Position numbers and translations under genes: made by a program | The notes under the pieces: generated by a model | Seen by the model: only the letters and a program-made list of their open reading frames with translations | The model's database searches: none | What the model was told of the DNA's origin: nothing | In this document: one piece after another, positions 6,617-12,996 of the stretch | How positions within the stretch are numbered: position 1 is the stretch's first letter | How the letters are laid out: every line of letters starts with the position of its first letter | Origin: Candidatus Woesearchaeota archaeon | Lineage (GTDB): Archaea; Nanobdellota; Nanobdellia; SCGC-AAA011-G17; JACPIM01 | Direction: 5' to 3' | Assembly: GCA_964513145.1 (NCBI GenBank) | Contig: CAZELK010000010.1 | Coordinates: forward strand, 14,622 to 27,617 | DNA length: 12,996 nucleotides

Positions 6617-8065
6617 ATGGAGAAGATTAAAGAAGATTTAATTTTAGGGTATTTAACAAATCAATTAGCTCTGCTACCTTCTTTATCTAAACAGTATACT
6701 TCTGGAAAATTAACAAGAATAAGCTTTCTAAAATTAAAATCAATTACTGAAAAATTTTTACAAACTGACTCAGGAGAAAGACTTATTTTAATGCCTGGGC
6801 TAAGGGGAGTAGGTAAGACGACTTTACTATTTCAAACATATGAGAATATAAAACGCCTTAGAAATGAAACTGAAATAATATATCTTTCTTGTGATAATCT
6901 TGTAAAGCAATTAAATTCAAATCTTCTAGAAACAATCGAGATTTATGAGAAAAAGATTATATCAGAAGCCTTTGAAACAATTAAAAGAAAAATTATTTTG
7001 CTTATTGATGAAGCACATTATGATGAAAACTGGCAAATAGCAGTCAAGAACATATTTGATAGGGCCAAAAACGTTTTAATAATTGTTTCTGGTTCATGTT
7101 CTATAGCTATGGAAACAAGTACTGATTTATCTCGAAGAATGTATTTAGAGAGAATTTATCCATTAAATTTTCCAGAATACCTTTTGTTAAGTAAAAATAC
7201 ATATCCTTTAAAAGGTGCTGCAACAGAGTTGAAAGAAGCTTTATTTGAAAGCGAAAATTTAGAAGAGGCTTATAATAAAATTTTAATTATCCATAATAAT
7301 TTATTAAAAAATATTTATATAAAAATACCAAATATGGACTTAGAGTTAGAAGAGTTTTTATCCAAAGGAGGAATTACCTCAACATTAGAAATAAAAAAAA
7401 CTGAAGATGTTTTTAGAAAAATAATTAATGTTATAGATAAAGTAGTTTATCAAGACATAATAACATTTTATCCTTCTTGTAAAAGATGTGTTAATCGTAT
7501 TTTTCCAGTATTACATGTTTTAGCAGAAGTTTCAGACAGGATAAGCTATGATAAACTAAACCAAATAATTCAAGAAACAAATTCAAAATCAGTAATATTT
7601 GATATTTTAAAGGCACTTGAAAAAGCAGGAGTAATACATAATCTTATGATTGAAGGCTCACAAATAAAAATGGAAAGAAACAGCTCTAAATATTATTTTG
7701 CAAGTCCATCAATAAGAGCCGCTTTACTATGGTCAGCTGGTAAATTTAACAAAAACTCTGACATTATGGGGTTGCTTTTAGAAAATGCAGTCTATAATAC
7801 ACTTCATAAAATTAAAATTTATCATCCTAACCTAATTCAGTCAATAAGTTATGGGGATATTCCAGGTGATCCAGATTTTAAAATTATTACTTCGAAAGGA
7901 AAAATGCTGATTGAATGTGGTTGGGGAAGAAAAACTTCTAAACAGGTTAAAGATAAAAATAATGAAAGGTTTTCTTTAATCATATCAGAAACAAAATCTC
8001 CTAATTTAGATAAAGAAAATAATGTTTTATTTGTACCAAAGGAATTATTTTTGTTGATGGGATAA
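6617..8065 (+). CDS. AAA+ ATPase of the AAA_14 / DUF4143 type with a C-terminal restriction-endonuclease-like fold, 482 aa
   Basis: Walker A GLRGVGKTT, Walker B ILLIDEAH, VSGS sensor, SRRMY, KYYFASPSIR, LLENAV, DPDF...LIECG. Start moved from TTG 6560 to ATG 6617 on TATA spacing. Confidence 0.9.
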   Translation: MEKIKEDLILGYLTNQLALLPSLSKQYTSGKLTRISFLKLKSITEKFLQTDSGERLILMPGLRGVGKTTLLFQTYENIKRLRNETEIIYLSCDNLVKQLNSNLLETIEIYEKKIISEAFETIKRKIILLIDEAHYDENWQIAVKNIFDRAKNVLIIVSGSCSIAMETSTDLSRRMYLERIYPLNFPEYLLLSKNTYPLKGAATELKEALFESENLEEAYNKILIIHNNLLKNIYIKIPNMDLELEEFLSKGGITSTLEIKKTEDVFRKIINVIDKVVYQDIITFYPSCKRCVNRIFPVLHVLAEVSDRISYDKLNQIIQETNSKSVIFDILKALEKAGVIHNLMIEGSQIKMERNSSKYYFASPSIRAALLWSAGKFNKNSDIMGLLLENAVYNTLHKIKIYHPNLIQSISYGDIPGDPDFKIITSKGKMLIECGWGRKTSKQVKDKNNERFSLIISETKSPNLDKENNVLFVPKELFLLMG

Positions 8066-8134
8066 TTAAATCTAATTATTTCTCATTTCTTTTTTAAAAA
8101 GTAAGTTTGTGGAGAGCCAGAATTAAAAAAAGAG

Positions 8135-8173
8135 TCCCCGCCGGCAGGACAGAACAAATGTGTTCAGCCCCTA
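8135..8173. repeat. GC-rich non-coding element, copy 2 (TCCCCGCCGGCAGGACAGAACAAATGTGTTCAGCCCCTA)
   Basis: Direct repeat of 4342-4381, 3793 nt downstream. Confidence 0.85.
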
Positions 8174-8242
8174 TGTTTTTATTTAATTATCCTAAATCTT
8201 AGAACCTAACAATTTAATTCTCTCATGTCTAGGCTCAATACA

Positions 8243-8250
8243 TTTAAATA
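8243..8250 (+). promoter_or_regulatory. TATA box TTTAAATA of the second wHTH-MNT/HEPN operon
   Basis: Ends 23 nt before the ATG at 8274. Confidence 0.55.
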
Positions 8251-8273
8251 GTTAAAGTAGTATAATTTACCAA

Positions 8274-8864
8274 ATGGTAAGAAAAATTACTAATACAGAA
8301 ATAATAGGTTTATTTTTAACAGATTATAGTAAAAGGTATTATCTTAGGGAAATGGCTGATTTATTAAAAAAACCACATCAGACAATAAAACCCTACCTAT
8401 GGTCATTAGTTAAAGAAAGTATCCTATTAAAAAACGAAAGAAAGAACATTACAGAATATAGTCTTAATTTTAATAACACAAGGATTTATGATTATTTAAC
8501 AATAGCAGAAAAAGATAAGTTTTTTAGAAAAATTAATGAAGATACTTTAATAAGAATATTATTTGAGAAATTTGCTGTTTTCTTTAGAAGTAATACATTT
8601 ATTATTTTTGGCTCTGCTGTCAATAAAATCCAGCCAAATTCAGATATAGATTTATTGGTTGTTGGTAAGCAAAAGATTACTAAGTACATTGATGATTTTG
8701 AATCTATATACAACAAGAAAATTCATAAAATACAAATAAACAAATTAAATGATTTAACTTTAACTTTAGCCAAAGAGATATATAAGAAACATCTTATTTT
8801 AAATAATACAGAGGAAGTAATAAGATTTTTTGGAGAATTATATGAGAAAAATAAGCTGGTGTAA
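8274..8864 (+). CDS. Winged-HTH + MNT fusion, putative antitoxin and repressor
   Basis: wHTH (YYLREMADLLKKPHQTIKPYLWSLVKESIL...YSLN), then IIFGSAVNKIQPNSDIDLLVVG (GS-x9-DxD). Same architecture as 2333-2914. Confidence 0.9.
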   Translation: MVRKITNTEIIGLFLTDYSKRYYLREMADLLKKPHQTIKPYLWSLVKESILLKNERKNITEYSLNFNNTRIYDYLTIAEKDKFFRKINEDTLIRILFEKFAVFFRSNTFIIFGSAVNKIQPNSDIDLLVVGKQKITKYIDDFESIYNKKIHKIQINKLNDLTLTLAKEIYKKHLILNNTEEVIRFFGELYEKNKLV

Positions 8865-9318
8865 AAATCAAGATAAAGGAATAAAATTAATTGAACCAAG
8901 TGATAATCTAAGTAAAGAGTACTATGAAACTGCTGAAGAAAGCTTGAAAGTTTTAAAAAGTATACAAAATACCCAATCAAATATTTGGTTAGCTACAACA
9001 AAGTATTATATTGAATATTTTGCCTTTTATTCTATTTTAATGAAGATAGGAATTAAATGTGAAATTCACGATTGCACAATATCCTTAGCGGATTTTTTAG
9101 AAAAAGAAAAAATAATTCCGAAAGGAATAACAAAAACTTTAGAAATAGATAAGGGATTAAGAATAGATAATCAATATTATCTTAAAAATAAACCAGTTAA
9201 TATTGATTTTAATAAAATATCAGAATTTATAATATCCATAAAAGAGATTTTGGATAATCTAAACAAAGAAAAAATAGAAGAATTAAGATTAAAACTATTT
9301 CCTAAAGAAGGCAAATAA
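8842..9318 (+). CDS. HEPN-domain protein (R-x4-Y type), putative toxin; paralog of 1873-2346
   Basis: Motifs WC.N, LIEP, AEES, SNIW, IGIK.EIHDC and LRIDNQYY. ATG 8842 has GGAG at 8832-8835 and overlaps the MNT gene. Confidence 0.85.
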   Translation: MRKISWCKNQDKGIKLIEPSDNLSKEYYETAEESLKVLKSIQNTQSNIWLATTKYYIEYFAFYSILMKIGIKCEIHDCTISLADFLEKEKIIPKGITKTLEIDKGLRIDNQYYLKNKPVNIDFNKISEFIISIKEILDNLNKEKIEELRLKLFPKEGK

Positions 9319-9404
9319 TATTTTTATTAAAGTAAAAATAATTTAATCAGTTGCAGATAACTTTTGTTTAATAAGAGAATTCAGAAAGCTTTATTGAGTA
9401 TAAA

Positions 9405-9521
9405 ATGAATCAGATTCAAATAACTTTTATTAATGGAGAATTATTTGTTTGGGGTATCTCATCAGACCATAAATTAGTTTTTACACCAACGGATATGCTT
9501 GAAATCTTTTTAAAAAGGTAA
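9405..9521 (+). CDS. Possible 38-aa ORF or gene fragment MNQIQITFINGELFVWGISSDHKLVFTPTDMLEIFLKR
   Basis: ATG-to-TAA ORF in the 217-nt gap between two convergent TA operons; no other support. Confidence 0.25.
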   Translation: MNQIQITFINGELFVWGISSDHKLVFTPTDMLEIFLKR

Positions 9522-9535
9522 TTATGCAAAGTTCT

Positions 9536-9874
9536 CTATAATTCAATTACTATTTTTTTCTTCCCTTCAGCATAGACTATGACTCTTTCATCTGGTTTTA
9601 ATTTTAAATTATCTGTAATTTCTTTTGGGATTCTTAATAATACTGAATTTCCTGAACGCCAAAGATTCGCTTCTTTTCTTTGAATACCCCACAAACCTTC
9701 TTTTTTTAGCTTTTGCTCGACAATTTCCATTGTTTCCTCAGGAAAGTATTCTTCCCCACAATTTTCACAATATTCTATATCTAAAATTCCGCATTCAACA
9801 CCTTCTATAACTACATTTTCTTTTTTCCATTTTACTTTTCCACCGCATGGACATGGATATTCTATATTTTGCAT
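9536..9874 (-). CDS. YgiT/MqsA-type zinc ribbon fused to an AbrB/MazE/SpoVT DNA-binding domain; putative antitoxin
   Basis: CPCGG...CENCGEEYF, then WRSGNSVLLRIPKEITDNLKLKPDERVIV, a typical AbrB motif. SD-like AGGGGG lies 5 nt before the ATG. Confidence 0.85.
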   Translation of the reverse strand: MQNIEYPCPCGGKVKWKKENVVIEGVECGILDIEYCENCGEEYFPEETMEIVEQKLKKEGLWGIQRKEANLWRSGNSVLLRIPKEITDNLKLKPDERVIVYAEGKKKIVIEL

Positions 9875-9883
9875 TTTTGCCCC

Positions 9884-10144
9884 CTAATCAATAACAGTTA
9901 TTGGGTAGATTTTTCTTATTTCATTTAATTTAAATTCTCTATAAATTACCCTAAACCAGCGAAACTCTGCTACAATTGAATTATCTTTTCTTAAAGTTTT
10001 GGCACCTTTTTGTACTGCTTCTTTAATATTATCTTTAGTTATTCCCCGCAATCGCATTCTATCAAAAATGTGTTCAGATCTGTTTTCTGTGTCTTTATGC
10101 TGATTAATGCTTTTAAAATTAATATTAATTTTTATTTCACCCAT
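9884..10144 (-). CDS. DUF4258-like (BrnT/RelE-related fold) small basic protein; putative RNase toxin
   Basis: SEHIFDRMRLRGITKDNIKEAVQKG...RVIY...ITV fits the H..RM..R.I....I...G pattern. Ends 9 nt before its partner gene. Confidence 0.7.
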   Translation of the reverse strand: MGEIKININFKSINQHKDTENRSEHIFDRMRLRGITKDNIKEAVQKGAKTLRKDNSIVAEFRWFRVIYREFKLNEIRKIYPITVID

Positions 10145-10167
10145 TATTATATAAAAATGTATTAATG

Positions 10168-10175
10168 TATATAAA
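10168..10175 (-). promoter_or_regulatory. TATA box TTTATATA of the DUF4258/Zn-AbrB operon
   Basis: 23 nt before the ATG at 10144; the same octamer recurs at 10148-10155. Confidence 0.5.
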
Positions 10176-10204
10176 TTTATCTATTTCTATTACAAATAAT
10201 TATT

Positions 10205-12996
10205 TTAAAAACTTATACCTTTATTTCTTCTGCGCCTTAGATATACTATAAATGAGGTTACTATCAGACCCAATGATATTATTTCTGTTAATAAGATTAA
10301 ATTTTGATTTGATTTCTTAACTGGAGTTTCTACTTTAGTTGGTCTGAATTCCAACAATGAACTGCAGGCTTTGATTGCATTTTCTATTAATGATTCTGCT
10401 TTTGCAAACTGCTTATCTTTAATTGTCTGTTCTGCCTGGTTTAATAATTCACTTAATTCCAAACATTGTGGGTTGGTCTTAAATAATTCCCTTGCTATCT
10501 GCAATCTTGGAACTAATTCAGACCTATTTGCTGCTCCGAAATCTTCTACATTTACAAAGAATTCTGCTGAGTCTGATGCACCTTCCTGCGAGTAAGCTGA
10601 AATCAATAATGAGTATTTATTTTCTGAAATAGTTGATGATGATTTAATTTCCAATTCAGCTATTTCCTGTGTTCCAGGATCTAATCTTGCTATTATAGGA
10701 CGATTAAAAACAGCATTTAATTCTTTTGAAGAAGGTTGGGCTTGCAATATTATGTTTGTCAATGGCAAGCTTTCGCTGTTTCTTATTATGATAGGCATTA
10801 TCACTTTATCATTAAAGTACATAGATACTGGAGAAGGAACTACTATGTTTATACCAATTAATTTTCTAGAACGGCCAGAAACTGCAGTTACTGGGGCGCT
10901 AAAATCATTGATATTATTTACTGTTACAGTAATTGTATTTGAATTTACACTACTTAAACCATCACTTGCAACTATCTTTATATTCTCTACTCCAAACCAA
11001 TTGCTAATTGCTGAATAGCTAATATTATTTAATTCGTCTACTGATACAGTAATTGCTGCATTTCCTGTTGAAGAGTATGTCAGGTTATCTGAGTCTATAT
11101 CAAAGAATAATGGATCCAAGTCAGTGACATTTATTAATTGAGTATCTTCATTGAATGTTGAATTCCCTATAGTCCCGTTAAATACTGGGCGAGTATTATT
11201 TATTATTATACTTGTATTTACCCAATCTGATGATAAACTTGAATTATCTGTTACTTTGAATGAAACTGTCCAGTTTTGGTTCTTTGTAAAGTTATTAGTT
11301 AAATTGTATAATAAAGTATATGAGATATTACTTGCATTGCCCAAATTTGTTATGTTTGTTCTGAAATGCTCCCTACTTCCATTCCAGAAGACAATTTCTA
11401 CTGTCAGATTGTCTCCGTCTGAATCTGATACAAAACTTGATGCATTTAATGAACTATTTTTGTATGCTGGATTAGGCAATACTAATGGTGTTGCATTATT
11501 TGGCTGGATGTTTTGTATTGTTACAGATGCATTTATCCAGTTTGTATATGTATCATTGTTGTCTGTTTCTCTTGCTGCACATGTCCATGTCTCACTTCTT
11601 ATGAATGCATTTGTTGTGTTTCTTGTTAATGTATAAGATACTATTGTGTTGTTTGAATTATTTGCTATTGATACATTTGTTCTGTAATGTTCTAAACTGT
11701 TATTGTACCAGATGATTGTTGCTGTAGATGCATCATTGTTTGTGTCTATGTAAGTGAAGGAACAGTTTAATGAATCTGTCTTAATAGGTGGACTTGGACG
11801 GAGAGTTGTGTTTGGATTTTCTGGTATGGTGTTACTTATTAATATACTTGCATTTACCCAATCTGATGAACCATTAACATCATTAACCCTGAATGCTGCA
11901 GTCCAGTTTTCTCCTTTTGTGAATTTATTTGTCTGGTTTTCTGTTAAAGTATACGAGACGTTACTTGCGTTTCCTTGATTTGTTCTATTTATTCTGAAGT
12001 GCTCTTGGGAGCCGTTCCAGAAGACTATTTCTACAGTTAAATTATCCATATCTACATCTTGAACAAATGAAGATGCATTTAGTGAGTTGTTTGTTCTTAT
12101 TACATTATTTGATGCAAATGGTTGAGCAAATATGTATGGTGTTGCATTATTTGGTATAGTATTTTTTATTGATATTGTATCATTTATCCAATTTGTATAT
12201 GTATCATTGTTGTCTGTTATCCTTGCTGCACATGTCCATCTCTGGGCTTCTTGGAAGATATTTGTATTATTTCTTATTAATGTGTAAGATACTATTGTGT
12301 TGTTTGAGTTGTTTGCTATTGAGATATTTGTTCTGTAATGTTCTAAACTGTTGTTGTACCAGATAATTGTTGCTGTACCTGCATCATTGTTTGTGTCTAT
12401 GTAAGTGAAAGAACAATTTAGATTTTCTGATTGTATTGGCTGATCAGGATTTATAGTTGTGTTTGGATTTTCTGGTATTGTATTTGAAATTATGATAGAT
12501 GCGTTTGACCAGTCACTACTTGAATTTCCATCATTTACCCTAAATGCTGCAGTCCAGTTTTCTCCTTTAGTGAATTTATTTGTCAAATTTTCTGTTAATG
12601 TGTAAGATACATTACTTGCGTTTCCTATATTTGTCCTGTTAATTCTGAAGTGTTCTCTTGAGCCATTCCAGAAGACTATTTCTACTGTCATTGAGTCTGC
12701 ATCCGGATCTGTTACTAAAGATGATGCATTTAGTGAGTTGTTCGTTCTTATTACTGTGTTGTTTGTGAATGGTTGAGCGAGTATATATGGTGTTGTGTTA
12801 AATGGTGTAGATGTTCCTACTACTACTGATGCATTTATCCAGTTGGTATATGTATCATTGTTGTCTGTTTCTCTTGCTGCACATGTCCAATTTTGGTTGG
12901 CAAAGAATCCATTAGTATTATTTCTTGTTAATGTGTATGAGACTATTGTGTTGTTGGAATTGTTTGCTATGCTGATGTTTGTTCTGTAATGTTCTA
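10205..12996 (-). CDS. Large membrane-anchored surface glycoprotein, 5'-partial (at least 929 aa): tandem Ig-like modules, cadherin-like domain, CARDB-like domain, helical bundle, C-terminal TM
   Basis: The frame is open from 12994 to 10205; the 101 codons upstream of the ORF-track start have no stop and continue the repeat. Ends LILLTEIISLGLIVTSFIVYL-RRRRNK (TM plus basic tail). Repeated D.D.D.LT/Y and N..P motifs. Confidence 0.9.
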   Translation of the reverse strand, partial: EHYRTNISIANNSNNTIVSYTLTRNNTNGFFANQNWTCAARETDNNDTYTNWINASVVVGTSTPFNTTPYILAQPFTNNTVIRTNNSLNASSLVTDPDADSMTVEIVFWNGSREHFRINRTNIGNASNVSYTLTENLTNKFTKGENWTAAFRVNDGNSSSDWSNASIIISNTIPENPNTTINPDQPIQSENLNCSFTYIDTNNDAGTATIIWYNNSLEHYRTNISIANNSNNTIVSYTLIRNNTNIFQEAQRWTCAARITDNNDTYTNWINDTISIKNTIPNNATPYIFAQPFASNNVIRTNNSLNASSFVQDVDMDNLTVEIVFWNGSQEHFRINRTNQGNASNVSYTLTENQTNKFTKGENWTAAFRVNDVNGSSDWVNASILISNTIPENPNTTLRPSPPIKTDSLNCSFTYIDTNNDASTATIIWYNNSLEHYRTNVSIANNSNNTIVSYTLTRNTTNAFIRSETWTCAARETDNNDTYTNWINASVTIQNIQPNNATPLVLPNPAYKNSSLNASSFVSDSDGDNLTVEIVFWNGSREHFRTNITNLGNASNISYTLLYNLTNNFTKNQNWTVSFKVTDNSSLSSDWVNTSIIINNTRPVFNGTIGNSTFNEDTQLINVTDLDPLFFDIDSDNLTYSSTGNAAITVSVDELNNISYSAISNWFGVENIKIVASDGLSSVNSNTITVTVNNINDFSAPVTAVSGRSRKLIGINIVVPSPVSMYFNDKVIMPIIIRNSESLPLTNIILQAQPSSKELNAVFNRPIIARLDPGTQEIAELEIKSSSTISENKYSLLISAYSQEGASDSAEFFVNVEDFGAANRSELVPRLQIARELFKTNPQCLELSELLNQAEQTIKDKQFAKAESLIENAIKACSSLLEFRPTKVETPVKKSNQNLILLTEIISLGLIVTSFIVYLRRRRNKGISF
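11186..12996 (-). repeat. Intragenic tandem repeat with two alternating modules, B0(partial)-A1-B1-A2-B2-A3; period 651 nt (633 nt for the last)
   Basis: TTCCAGAAGAC at 12666, 12015 and 11382; TAATGTTCTA at 12987, 12336 and 11685. Confidence 0.95.

Noticed and set aside
4342-8173. GC-rich repeats as a CRISPR array or type III antitoxin repeats
   Set aside because: Only two copies, 3.8 kb apart, with no spacer periodicity and no cas genes.
8204-8257. ACCTAAC...GTTAAAG as an integron attC site
   Set aside because: The R' box does not match GTTRRRY, there are no L boxes or extended palindrome, and no integrase is present; likely chance in AT-rich DNA.
2282-9810. Short ORF-track ORFs 2282-2491, 3586-3780, 4223-4408, 4607-4825, 5595-5777, 8492-8716, 8723-8980 and 9625-9810
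   Set aside because: They are antisense shadows of well-supported genes, F/L/I/S-rich as expected for the reverse of K/E-rich coding DNA, with no motifs.
10371-12989. Plus-strand ORFs inside the surface-protein gene (up to 161 aa)
   Set aside because: They are antisense frames kept open by the Asn/Thr/Ser codon bias and simply mirror the repeats.
11186-12996. Repeats as a DGR template/variable pair, since DGRs occur in DPANN
   Set aside because: All copies are in frame within one CDS, differences are not confined to adenines of one copy, and no reverse transcriptase is in the window.

Overview
Very AT-rich archaeal DNA. TTTA(A/T)ATA boxes sit 19-26 nt before the ATG of most first genes, and the protein families suggest a DPANN lineage such as Woesearchaeota or Pacearchaeota (inference). 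Positions 35-10144 form an accessory island with five apparently intact toxin-antitoxin pairs: three HEPN/nucleotidyltransferase (MNT) pairs, one RHH/PIN pair whose first catalytic Asp is Asn, and one DUF4258-like gene with a zinc-ribbon-AbrB fusion. A sixth pair is a decayed near-identical copy of the last one (3976-4301). The island also has a membrane protein, a tight four-ORF operon of unknowns and a divergent AAA_14/DUF4143-type ATPase. Three non-coding or pseudogene direct-repeat pairs bracket gene blocks: 22-23 nt (1072/2945), a GC-rich 31-40 nt hairpin element (4342/8135), and the TA duplication (3976/9536). Positions 10205-12996 are the 3' part (at least 929 aa, open to the window edge) of a membrane-anchored surface protein. 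It has alternating 217-aa tandem Ig-like modules and about one N-glycosylation sequon per 10 residues. I found no rRNA, tRNA, CRISPR array, integrase or transposase.
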